Shown here: piece by piece, positions 9,354 through 17,919 of the stretch
How the letters are laid out: each line of letters starts with the position of its first letter
How positions within the stretch are numbered: position 1 is the first letter of the stretch
DNA from: Acidimicrobiia bacterium
GTDB lineage: Bacteria; Actinomycetota; Acidimicrobiia; Acidimicrobiales; Aldehydirespiratoraceae
DNA: 64,000 nt
Reading direction: 5' to 3'
Assembly (NCBI GenBank): GCA_022819505.1
Contig: JAJEHD010000018.1
Span: 560,587-624,586, forward strand
Made by a program: the position numbers and the translations under genes
Notes under the pieces: model-generated
Databases searched by the model: none
What the model was told of the DNA's origin: nothing
What the model saw: only the letters and a program-made list of their open reading frames with translations

Positions 9354-10608
9354 CCAAGCCAGCTTCGGTCCCACGCCGCTCACGCCGCGGATGGGCCCGC
9401 TGAATCACGGCAACAAGTGGCACAGCTGGCGCGGGCTGCACATTCCCGACACCTACGAGGGGCTGAGCCCGGAACTGAGGGCACTCCACAGTCGGGCGGT
9501 CATCGAGGACAAGTCCCCGATGAACTACTACTCGATAATGGGCGAGGATGCGCTCCGGTTCCTCGACCATCTGGTCACCCGCGATGTGAGCAGGATCCCG
9601 ATCGGGGCAGGCATCTACACGGTCTGGCTGAACGAATCGGGCAAGGTCGTCATCGACACGCCCGTATTCCGGGTGGGCGAGTCTCACTACGTCACCATGG
9701 GCGGAATCCTCAGCAACTGGCTGGCTGAGCACGCGGGTTCCTACGACGTCGAGATCCGCGACGAGTCGGAAGTGAAGATGGTGATGCCGCTTCAGGGCCC
9801 CCTGTCCGGCGGGATCCTCGAGGCGGTGACGGGAGAGGACTGGTCCGGCGTCGACTTCATGCGAGGGCGCCCCACCACCATCGGCTCAGCCGAAGTCTGG
9901 GTGTGGAGAGCCGGTTACAGCTCGCAGCTGGGCTACGAACTGCACATCGATCGAAGCGACGCCGTCGAGGTCTTCGACGCCGTGATGCTCGCTGGCGAGC
10001 CCTTCGGGCTGATGCCGATCGGCCAGAACGCCGTGCAGGTGGCCCGCACCGAGGCCGGCCTCATCGTGCCCGGAATCGACTACACCCGGGCAGGATCGGA
10101 CCTGAACATCGCCTCATACGCGTTGCTGGACGAGGGCGGGGTGGTCTCGCCGTTCGAGATCGGCCTCGGCCGGTTCGTGAACTTCGACAAGCCCTCCGAC
10201 TTCATCGGCAGGAAGGCGCTGCTCGACGAGCAGGCAAGAGGGGGGCCCGCCCGAAGACTGGTCGGGCTCGATGTGGCTTGGCAGGACATCGTGTCGCTGT
10301 ACGGCGAGGCTGGTGAGGCTCCTGAGGTCACTCGACGCGTCGACTACCGCCGCCACCGGGTCCTGCGCGACGGCGATGTCGTTGGGAAGGCGACCAGCCT
10401 GTGTTGGAGCCCTACGATCCGCCGCGAGATTGCCCTGGGCCAAGTCGACCGAGGCTGCTCCGGCATCGGGACATCACTCACCATGGAGTGGAGGGAGCAC
10501 GGATGCGCCCTGACACCCGAACTGCTTGAAGATGTGGTGAGCGGGACCGTTCAAGCGACCGTGGTGCCCCTCCCGTTCGTGTCCAAGGCCAGGAAGTTCA
10601 CCGCCTGA
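9337..10608 (+). CDS. GcvT-family aminomethyltransferase / folate-binding protein
   Basis: GcvT-like layout (..YYSIMGEDALRFLDHLVTRDV.., ..EIGLGRFVNFDKPSDFIGRKALLDE..). The ATG at 9337 overlaps the end of Rieske paralog 3 by 17 nt. Confidence 0.8.
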   Translation: MPRIVDQASFGPTPLTPRMGPLNHGNKWHSWRGLHIPDTYEGLSPELRALHSRAVIEDKSPMNYYSIMGEDALRFLDHLVTRDVSRIPIGAGIYTVWLNESGKVVIDTPVFRVGESHYVTMGGILSNWLAEHAGSYDVEIRDESEVKMVMPLQGPLSGGILEAVTGEDWSGVDFMRGRPTTIGSAEVWVWRAGYSSQLGYELHIDRSDAVEVFDAVMLAGEPFGLMPIGQNAVQVARTEAGLIVPGIDYTRAGSDLNIASYALLDEGGVVSPFEIGLGRFVNFDKPSDFIGRKALLDEQARGGPARRLVGLDVAWQDIVSLYGEAGEAPEVTRRVDYRRHRVLRDGDVVGKATSLCWSPTIRREIALGQVDRGCSGIGTSLTMEWREHGCALTPELLEDVVSGTVQATVVPLPFVSKARKFTA

Positions 10609-10612
10609 TCGG

Positions 10613-10648
10613 CCGGCCGGCGGGCGGCTTCGGCCCGCTGGTGCCGGT
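10613..10648. terminator. GC-rich imperfect hairpin between convergent genes (candidate bidirectional terminator)
   Basis: CCGGCCGGCGGGC..GCCCGCTGGTGCCGG stem with an internal bulge; no U tract. Confidence 0.35.
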
Positions 10649-10652
10649 CCCG

Positions 10653-11324
10653 TCAGGACGCGTCGGCGCGGTCGTGGTCTTCCAACTCGGCCAGCACCCG
10701 CTGGCGCAGGCAGGCTATGTGAGTGCGGGCCGCCGTCTCGGCCCGGTCGGTGTCGCCGTCGACGATGGCGTCGCACATGGCGGCGTGCTCGCGCTGCGTG
10801 GCCCGGAAGTTCCTCTCGCGGCGCCACAGTGTGTTCAGGGACAGATGAGCCCGACCCTGGGATCGGGCCAGCGTGGCATCCAGGTCCTTGTTGTGTGACA
10901 TGGCGCGGATGGTGGCGTGGAAGCGCATGTCAATGTCGGTGAACACCCACCGGTCCGCATCCGAGGACTTGAGAGACTCGAACTCCTTTTGAATCCGTCG
11001 CAGGTCCGTGCGCTGTGCGTCGGTGCCGCGCTCGGCGGCCAGCTTGGCCGCCAGCGCTTCCAGCACTTCGCGAACCTCCAGCAGGCGCAGGAAGTCGCTC
11101 ATGTCGATGTCCACAACCACCGTGCCGCGGCGTCCCCGGTAGTCGGCCAAGCCGTCCCAGATCAGGCGTTGCACGGCCTCGCGCACCGGGCTGCGAGAGA
11201 TGCCGAAGTGCCGCGCCAACTCCGGCACAGAGAGCGAAGTCCCTGGGGGCAGTTCGCTCCGGAGGATGGCAGTGCTCAACTGGGAGTAGGCGCGGTCCGC
11301 GAGAAGGTCGCCGGCCTCGATCAC
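10653..11324 (-). CDS. GntR-family transcriptional regulator (FadR/FCD-type C-terminal domain)
   Basis: Winged-HTH region SVPELARHFGISRSPVREAVQRL followed by a helical effector domain. GTG start. Confidence 0.85.
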   Translation of the reverse strand: MIEAGDLLADRAYSQLSTAILRSELPPGTSLSVPELARHFGISRSPVREAVQRLIWDGLADYRGRRGTVVVDIDMSDFLRLLEVREVLEALAAKLAAERGTDAQRTDLRRIQKEFESLKSSDADRWVFTDIDMRFHATIRAMSHNKDLDATLARSQGRAHLSLNTLWRRERNFRATQREHAAMCDAIVDGDTDRAETAARTHIACLRQRVLAELEDHDRADAS

Positions 11325-11382
11325 TTGGAGTGAGCCGTGCGGCAGGACGAGGTCTCCTTCTTCCTTGGTGGTGGGGCTTTCC

Positions 11383-12303
11383 CTAGGTGGTGGGGGTGCC
11401 GTAGCTGTTGTCGGCGAGTTGTTGTTTGGCGTCTGCGACGGTGGCGGGCGGTGCGGTGGGGGTGATACCGACGAGTCGGGCGATGTTGTTGCCCATGTAG
11501 TCCTCTAGTTGGTCCTCGGTGGCGTTGATGCCCTGGGGGGCGTCATGGCACAGCACCTCGAGATGGGTCAGCCACATGCCGGGGTCATTGGGCGGCGAGT
11601 CGGTGCCGAACACCAGCCGGTCGCGGGGCATCTCCTTGGCGAACTCCACGATGCGCGACTGCAACAGCCACCCCGACTCGCCGTAGACGTTGGGGGAGTC
11701 CATGATCATCCAGAAAGCCTCGAAGCAGTACACCCCGCCGGTCTGGACCCCGAAGTGCCCGATGATGAACTTCACGTCGGGGAACTCCCGGATGATGGGG
11801 TAGAACTGCGTCGGGATCGAATAGGGCCCGTCGCCGGTGTGGATCAACACCACCACGCCCAACTCGTCGCACTTGCGCATCACCGGGCGCAGCCAGTCCA
11901 ACGCCCGGTCGGGACGGTAGGCGTGCATGTTGGCATGCAGCTTCAACATCTTGAACCCGTACTCCTTGACATGGAACTCCAACTCGGCGGCCCCGTTGTC
12001 GGGCCCGAACCGCGGGTTGTAGTTGAAGTTCCCGATGAACCGATCGGGATAGCGCTGGGTCAACTCGGCCACATAGGCCATGTAGTCACGGATGCCCTCG
12101 CGGCCACCACGAGAACCGTCGCGCCACGCGGTGTTGCCCGGCGGGGGCTGGATGAACCCCATGTCGATGCGGCGCGGCTTGCCGTTGATCCAATACGGCC
12201 CATCCATCATCGCCAACATCCGCTCACCGGTGAACGGCTCACCGGTATGACGCCAAGCCTCATCGACGACGTTGGTCGGATGCAGATGGGTATCGATAAT
12301 CAT
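11383..12303 (-). CDS. Amidohydrolase_2 (ACMSD/LigW/isoorotate-decarboxylase-like) metal-dependent hydrolase or decarboxylase
   Basis: MIIDTHLHP N-terminal metal motif and a TIM-barrel amidohydrolase-like pattern (..LIHTGD.., ..GHFG.., ..FGTDSP..). Co-directional with the GntR gene. Confidence 0.7.
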   Translation of the reverse strand: MIIDTHLHPTNVVDEAWRHTGEPFTGERMLAMMDGPYWINGKPRRIDMGFIQPPPGNTAWRDGSRGGREGIRDYMAYVAELTQRYPDRFIGNFNYNPRFGPDNGAAELEFHVKEYGFKMLKLHANMHAYRPDRALDWLRPVMRKCDELGVVVLIHTGDGPYSIPTQFYPIIREFPDVKFIIGHFGVQTGGVYCFEAFWMIMDSPNVYGESGWLLQSRIVEFAKEMPRDRLVFGTDSPPNDPGMWLTHLEVLCHDAPQGINATEDQLEDYMGNNIARLVGITPTAPPATVADAKQQLADNSYGTPTT

Positions 12304-12378
12304 TGGGGCCTCTCCGTATATGCCGATAGCTGGGCTTTGCGGGTCCGGGCGAGCCCCGGTCCGCCGGGGTGCCCGAGT

Positions 12379-12393
12379 CTTGCATGTATCATG
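12379..12393. promoter_or_regulatory. Candidate operator CTTGCATGTATCATG upstream of the amidohydrolase_2/GntR operon
   Basis: 76-90 bp upstream of the ATG at 12303. Overlaps the ppx stop codon. 13/15 identical to the site at 8191-8205. Confidence 0.35.
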
Positions 12394-14020
12394 TCAGCGT
12401 ACCATTCGCCTGCTGGCCCACGGTCTTCGGGCTGCTGGAGGGATGGCGGTGGCGGGTGGCGCCCGTCCCGACGACGTGGAACTCGAGCTTCCGGCCGAGG
12501 GTCTTGGCCAACAGGTCGGCGCTGCGCTGGGCGGTGAAGAGCTCGATGTCCGCGTCGCTGCCTTCGGCGACCTCGACCTCGATCCGCACCACCTCGTCTT
12601 CGACGTGCGCGTGCACTCGTTCGACGGCTCGCCGGTAGGTGCGGTCCAGGGCGATCCCGATCCGGAGCAGTCCGGCCAGCACCCGCACCCGGAACCGGTC
12701 CCGCTTGGCCAGCGCGGTGAACTCGCGGTGGGAGGACACCGGCTCGCGCTTGCGGTGGTAACGGGCCACCAGGGCGATGAGCTCCAGGTCTCCCTCGGTG
12801 AAGCCGGCCAGGCGCTCGCTGTGGCGGATCAGGTAGTAGGAGTGCTTGTGGTGCGATGAGTGGGCCACGAAGCGCCCGATGTTGTGGAGCAGCCCGGCCG
12901 CCTCCAGCACCTCGCTGTCGGCGATGCCCAGGCCGTGTGCCGCCGCGGTCTCGTCGAACAGCTCGAGCGCGAGGTCGGTGGCGTGCTCGGCATGGATCAG
13001 GTCCTCGTGGTAGCTGCGGGCCAGGGCCAGCACACTGGACCTTCTCAGGTCGCTGAGATGGTGGAGGCCGTCGTCGCGGGAACGGTCCCGGCGGTTGAAC
13101 CGGTCCAGCAGCAGGCCCTCGCGCAGCGCTCCGGTCGACACCACCATCGACTCGATCTCCAACGCCTTGAACAGCTGCCTACACAGCACGGCGCCCCCGA
13201 CGATGACATCGCTGCGGGCCGGGTCCAGGCCGGGCACCTGCAAGCGGTCTGCGGGCCGAGGTCGGGAGATCAGATCGTTCACCACGCCGGTCAGGTCGGA
13301 ACGCTCGATGACCGCGTTGGCCGGGGTGCGAAGGGTCTCGCCCCGTCTCGCCGCGCACATATGCGCCAGAGCGGCGATGGTGCCCGAGCAGCCCACCGCA
13401 ACCTCGAATCCTATGGTCTTGGCCTCCTGGGCCACCGGCGCGATGAAGGACCGGATGTGGCGGCGGCAAGCCTTCACCGCGCCGTCGTCTATCACGCCGG
13501 CCGGGAAGAACCGGTCGGTGAGGCGGATATGGCCCAGCTTGAGGCTGCGGGCCAGCGCCGGTGCGGTGCCGTTGCCCACGATGACCTCCGTGGAGCCGCC
13601 GCCGATGTCGATCACCACATGGGACCGGCCCGCGATGGGCACCGCGCTCATCGCTCCCAGGTGGATCAGCCGGGCCTCCTCCATGCCCGAAATCACCTGC
13701 ACGGTCACATGGGCCTCGCTGTTGGCCCGGCGCAGGAAGTCGCTCTGGTTGTCGGCCTCCCTAACCGCGCTGGTCGCCACTGCCACGATCTCGGCGTCGT
13801 GGGCGTCGGCGATGTGGCGGCACTCGACGAGCGCGGAGATGGCCCGGTCGATGGCGTCGGGCAGCAGGCACCTCATGTCGGCCCCGCCACTGCCCAGCCG
13901 CACCGGCATCCGTTCCCGCACCACCACGTCGGGAGATCCGCCCGGAACGGGCCGAGCGATCACCATGTGAATCGAGTTGGTGCCCACATCGATGGCAGCC
14001 AACGCCCGCGAGCCCGTCAT
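12389..14020 (-). CDS. ppx: Ppx/GppA-family exopolyphosphatase / guanosine pentaphosphate phosphohydrolase with C-terminal HD domain
   Basis: AAIDVGTNSIHMVIA and DIGGGSTE ASKHA motifs; HD-domain region HNIGRFVAHSSHHKHSYYLI. Confidence 0.9.
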   Translation of the reverse strand: MTGSRALAAIDVGTNSIHMVIARPVPGGSPDVVVRERMPVRLGSGGADMRCLLPDAIDRAISALVECRHIADAHDAEIVAVATSAVREADNQSDFLRRANSEAHVTVQVISGMEEARLIHLGAMSAVPIAGRSHVVIDIGGGSTEVIVGNGTAPALARSLKLGHIRLTDRFFPAGVIDDGAVKACRRHIRSFIAPVAQEAKTIGFEVAVGCSGTIAALAHMCAARRGETLRTPANAVIERSDLTGVVNDLISRPRPADRLQVPGLDPARSDVIVGGAVLCRQLFKALEIESMVVSTGALREGLLLDRFNRRDRSRDDGLHHLSDLRRSSVLALARSYHEDLIHAEHATDLALELFDETAAAHGLGIADSEVLEAAGLLHNIGRFVAHSSHHKHSYYLIRHSERLAGFTEGDLELIALVARYHRKREPVSSHREFTALAKRDRFRVRVLAGLLRIGIALDRTYRRAVERVHAHVEDEVVRIEVEVAEGSDADIELFTAQRSADLLAKTLGRKLEFHVVGTGATRHRHPSSSPKTVGQQANGTLT

Positions 14021-14118
14021 CGGCGGGCAAGCATCATGCCAAACGGACCGTCTCGCAACCCGGGGCCCGGCATATCTTCACGGCGCCCGCGGCTACGGTG
14101 GCCGCGGTGAGCGGGGAG

Positions 14119-14847
14119 ATGGCCGGGCGCCGGGTGCTGGTGGTGGGCGCATCGTCGGGCATCGGTGCGGCTCTGGCCCGGGCGGTCGTGGCCCGGGGTG
14201 GTTCGGTGACGGTGTCGGCCCGGCGCCGGGACAGGCTCGAGATCCTGGTGGACGAGATGGGCGCCGGCCACGCCGCACCGGGTGACGCCACCGTCGCCAC
14301 AGACGCCCGCCGGGTGGCTGCCGAGGCCGCCGAGACGATGGGCGGGCTCGACCTGATGGTGTACGTGGCCGGCTACGGCGTGCTGCAGCCCTTGAGCAGG
14401 ACCGAGCCGGACATCTGGTCCGACGTGTACCGGGTGAACGTGGTGGGGGCCAACCTGGCTGCTGCGGCCGCGCTGGACCACATGGGCCGCGGCGGGCTCA
14501 TCGCCTTCGTGTCGTCTCGCACGGTGGAGGACGCCAACGCGCTGTTCAGTGCCTACAGCGCTTCCAAGGCGGCTCTGGACCAGTGCATAAGGGTGTGGCG
14601 GGCCGAGCACCCCGACCGCCGCTTCATGCGGGTGGTCATGGGCAACACCGTGCCCACCGAGTTCGGCGACCACATGAACCTCGACCTGCTCGGCGAGGCC
14701 ATGGAGGCTTGGGAACGCCAGGCTGTCCCCGGCGGGCTGATGCACGTCGACGACGTGGGCGCGGCCCTGGCCGAGGCCTTCGCGGTGGCGCTGGACCACC
14801 CCGACATCGACTTCGGTGAACTCAAGCTCGACGCCCGGGTGGTCTGA
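14119..14847 (+). CDS. Short-chain dehydrogenase/reductase (SDR)
   Basis: VLVVGASSGIGAA cofactor motif and YSASKAA catalytic motif. The track start at 14098 is GTG; I prefer the ATG at 14119. Confidence 0.85.
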   Translation: MAGRRVLVVGASSGIGAALARAVVARGGSVTVSARRRDRLEILVDEMGAGHAAPGDATVATDARRVAAEAAETMGGLDLMVYVAGYGVLQPLSRTEPDIWSDVYRVNVVGANLAAAAALDHMGRGGLIAFVSSRTVEDANALFSAYSASKAALDQCIRVWRAEHPDRRFMRVVMGNTVPTEFGDHMNLDLLGEAMEAWERQAVPGGLMHVDDVGAALAEAFAVALDHPDIDFGELKLDARVV

Positions 14848-14935
14848 GCCCTGGATCGGGTCCGCCGCACCAGAATTGGCAGCGTTAAGTGCGCATAGCG
14901 TGCAGGATGCGGCCAACTCGGCCGTGGGGGGAGTC

Positions 14936-15760
14936 TCAGGCGGTGGCCAGCGGACGGTCGGGGTCGGATCCCCAGGCCGACCACGACCCCACGAAGAGTC
15001 GCCCGTCGTCCAGCCCGGCGTGGCGGATGGCGAGCAGGTCGTGGCAGGCCGACACGCCGCTGCCGCAGTAGGCGATTACCTGCCGATCGGCGGCCCCTGC
15101 CCGCTCGTAGCGGTCGCGCATCCCGGCCTCCGGCAGCAGCCGCCCGTCGCTCAGGTTGTCTCCGACCTGCATGCTCACCGCTCCGGGGATGTGCCCGAAG
15201 CGGGGATCGATCTGGTTGGGCTCGCCCCGGTACCTCTCGATCGAGCGGGCATCGATGACCAGCGACTCAGGATCGAGGCGGGCCGAGTCCACCTCGTCGA
15301 TGGTCGCGAACCGCTCGGCGGGCCAGGGCCGGGCGGTGAACCGGGCTGCATCCCATGAGGACGCTCCGGTCTCGAGATCGCCGGCCCATGCCTCCAAACC
15401 GCCGTCGAGCACGGCCGCAGGTGCGTCCAGGCAGTCGAGCATCCACCACAGCCGGGAGGCGACGACCCCGCCCACGTCGTCGTAGGCGACCACCACGGTG
15501 CCGTCGCCGATGCCCAGGCGGCCCATGGCCGCCGCGAAGTCGTCGGGGGACGGTAGCGGATGGCGGCCTCCGGCTCGGGTGGGCGGGCCCGAGAGGTCGG
15601 TGTCCAGATCGACGAAACGGGCCGCCGGTATGTGACCCCGGTCGTAGGCATCGCGCCCGGAGCGGCCGTCGAGGTACCACCTCACGTCCGCGATCACGAC
15701 CTCGCCGGAGTGGCCGGCCAGCCACGCCGCGTCGACCAGAGGCCCGAATCCGCCCATCAC
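14936..15760 (-). CDS. Rhodanese-domain sulfurtransferase (thiosulfate/3-mercaptopyruvate type, two domains)
   Basis: Tandem rhodanese architecture with active-site loop YCGSGVSAC. Confidence 0.85.
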   Translation of the reverse strand: MMGGFGPLVDAAWLAGHSGEVVIADVRWYLDGRSGRDAYDRGHIPAARFVDLDTDLSGPPTRAGGRHPLPSPDDFAAAMGRLGIGDGTVVVAYDDVGGVVASRLWWMLDCLDAPAAVLDGGLEAWAGDLETGASSWDAARFTARPWPAERFATIDEVDSARLDPESLVIDARSIERYRGEPNQIDPRFGHIPGAVSMQVGDNLSDGRLLPEAGMRDRYERAGAADRQVIAYCGSGVSACHDLLAIRHAGLDDGRLFVGSWSAWGSDPDRPLATA

Positions 15761-16434
15761 TGCCTCCCGGGAGCCGGGTCTGCCGCTGAGAGGACCTCGC
15801 GTACGAGGCCGGCGATCTCGGCCGGGTGAGTCCTCATCAGCCGGTGGCGACCGTTCTCGACGGTGCGGCGACGTACGTCGGCCAGCTTGCGCTCCATGTA
15901 GTCGTTGGCGCCGACGAAGGCTCTGTCGCGGCTGCCCACGATCAGTCCGACGGGAATGGTCACTTCCGACAGCCGGTCGATCACCATCGAGTCGGTGTGG
16001 AGGCTGGCGGCGGCGGCCACCCGCGGGAGGTCGAGGCGGGGCATGGTCAGGTGGACCTGGTCGTTCCAGTCCTGCATCGCGGCCGCGTCGCGGAATCCCG
16101 GGCCGGCGGCCACCAGCACCAGTCCCCGGAGCACCCCGGGCCTCGTGATGCAGTGGGCCAGCCCCAGGTAGCCGCCGAGCGAGTGCCCGACATAAATCGC
16201 CGGGCCGGTCTCGGCCAGCACTGCGTCGATCGATTCCAGCAGCGCCTCGCGCTCGTAGGGAGCCCTGTCGTCCGGGGCGGGGGAGCTGCCGTGGGCTGGC
16301 AGGTCCACCGTGGTGCAGGCGCAGCCGGCGCCCAGGGCCTCGACCGTGGTGGCCCAGACGCTCGAGTCGTCGGCGAAGCCGTGCACCAGCACCACGGCGG
16401 GCCCGGCGCCGGTCGTGGTGGTGTGCAGCTGCAT
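15757..16434 (-). CDS. Alpha/beta hydrolase
   Basis: VVLVHGFADD and nucleophile elbow GHSLGG. Trimmed from track ORF 15757-16785 to the ATG at 16434. 4-bp overlap with the downstream gene. Confidence 0.8.
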   Translation of the reverse strand: MQLHTTTTGAGPAVVLVHGFADDSSVWATTVEALGAGCACTTVDLPAHGSSPAPDDRAPYEREALLESIDAVLAETGPAIYVGHSLGGYLGLAHCITRPGVLRGLVLVAAGPGFRDAAAMQDWNDQVHLTMPRLDLPRVAAAASLHTDSMVIDRLSEVTIPVGLIVGSRDRAFVGANDYMERKLADVRRRTVENGRHRLMRTHPAEIAGLVREVLSAADPAPGRQ

Positions 16435-16436
16435 GC

Positions 16437-17360
16437 TCACGAGTCCGAGGCGATGTCGGGTTCGACGTACATGGGGCGGGCGATGGGCACCGCGGCCCGG
16501 GTGTTTTCCTCGACGCGGTTGATGGCGGCCACGAGCTCGGCGGTGGTGTAGGCCGGGTCGAACGAGACCTTGGCCGCCACCAGCAGCTCCTCGGGGCCGA
16601 TGTGCTGGGTCCGCAGGTGGATCAGGCCGGTGACTCCCTCGGTCGTCTCGATGGCCCGGCGGATCCTGTCGATGTCGGCCCGGGTGGCGCCCTCGCCCAG
16701 CAGCAGGCTGCGCATCTCCAACGCCAGCACCACCGCGATCAGGCCGAGCAGCACTCCGATCGACAGGGTGCCGATGCCGTCCCACACCGGCGCGTCGAAC
16801 ACCACCGCGATCATCAGCGCCCCCAGGGCCAGCACCAGGCCCAGCAGTGCGCCCAGGTCCTCCAGCAGCACCACCGGCAGCTCAGGGGTGCGGGAGCGAC
16901 GCACGAAGCGCGCCCAGGAGGCGTCACCCCGCACCCGGTTGGACTCGATCACCGCGGTCCGCATGGAGAGGCTCTCGAGCAGGATGCCCACGCTGAGCAC
17001 CGCGAAGGCCCACGCCGGTGAGCTGATGTCGTGGGGGTGGCGGATCTTCTCGATGCCTTCGTACAGGGCGTACAGGGATCCGATGGCGAACAGCACCAAG
17101 GCCACCACGAACGACCAGAAGTAGCGTTCGCGCCCGTAGCCGAAGGGATGCTGCTCGGTGGCGTCGCGCCGGGCGAGCCGTCCCCCCAGCAGCAGCAGGG
17201 CCTGGTTGCTGGTGTCGGCCACGCTGTGGATGGCCTCGGCCAGCATCGACGACGCCCCGGTGAACGCGAAGGCCACGAACTTGGCGATGGCCAGGCCGAG
17301 GTTGGCGAAGAAGGCGGCCAGGATCGCCTTGGTTCCGCCGCCGGCTGCCATGGGCGGCAA
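16437..17360 (-). CDS. Cation diffusion facilitator (CDF) family metal efflux transporter
   Basis: TM helices with AEAIHSVADTSNQ and the C-terminal cytoplasmic domain pattern typical of CzcD/ZitB-like proteins. Confidence 0.85.
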   Translation of the reverse strand: MPPMAAGGGTKAILAAFFANLGLAIAKFVAFAFTGASSMLAEAIHSVADTSNQALLLLGGRLARRDATEQHPFGYGRERYFWSFVVALVLFAIGSLYALYEGIEKIRHPHDISSPAWAFAVLSVGILLESLSMRTAVIESNRVRGDASWARFVRRSRTPELPVVLLEDLGALLGLVLALGALMIAVVFDAPVWDGIGTLSIGVLLGLIAVVLALEMRSLLLGEGATRADIDRIRRAIETTEGVTGLIHLRTQHIGPEELLVAAKVSFDPAYTTAELVAAINRVEENTRAAVPIARPMYVEPDIASDS

Positions 17361-17407
17361 GGCTAACGGTGCTGCAAGCGCTGGCGTGCCGATAGGTTCG
17401 CGGCGGT

Positions 17408-17869
17408 ATGGCCACTGTCTTCGCTGCTCCCGACGATCTCCTGGACGCCGTCGGGCAGCACCTCGGTCACAGCGACTGGATCCCGGTCGAACAGGTCCGG
17501 ATAGACCTGTTCGCCGAGGCCACCGGTGACGATCAGTGGATTCATGTCGATCCCGAGGCGGCTGCGGCCGGCCCGTTCGGAGCCACGATTGCGCACGGCT
17601 ATCTGACCCTGGCGCTCACCAACCACCTGCTCCCCCAGATCGTGCGGGTGGAGGGCGTCTCGATGGGCATCAACTACGGCGTCAACCGGGTGAGATTCCC
17701 GCAGCCGGTGCTGGTGGGTTCGCGGCTGCGGGCCTCTGCGACGCTCACGTCCGCGGATGAGTTGCCGGGCGGCGCGGGAGTGCAGACGGTGATCACGGTC
17801 ACGGTGGAGATCGAGGGCCAGGCCAAGCCGGCGTGCGTCGTCGAGTCGGTCAGCCGGTTCCTGCGCTGA
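17408..17869 (+). CDS. MaoC-like (R)-specific enoyl-CoA hydratase / hot-dog fold dehydratase
   Basis: ..FAEATGDDQWIHVDPEAAAAGPFGATIAHGYLTL.. is the hydratase 2 motif region. Confidence 0.85.
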   Translation: MATVFAAPDDLLDAVGQHLGHSDWIPVEQVRIDLFAEATGDDQWIHVDPEAAAAGPFGATIAHGYLTLALTNHLLPQIVRVEGVSMGINYGVNRVRFPQPVLVGSRLRASATLTSADELPGGAGVQTVITVTVEIEGQAKPACVVESVSRFLR

Positions 17870-17919
17870 GAGCTCTGGGCCCAGTCCGTGCTTCGACCTC
17901 AGATTGACCCCGGCCGGTC

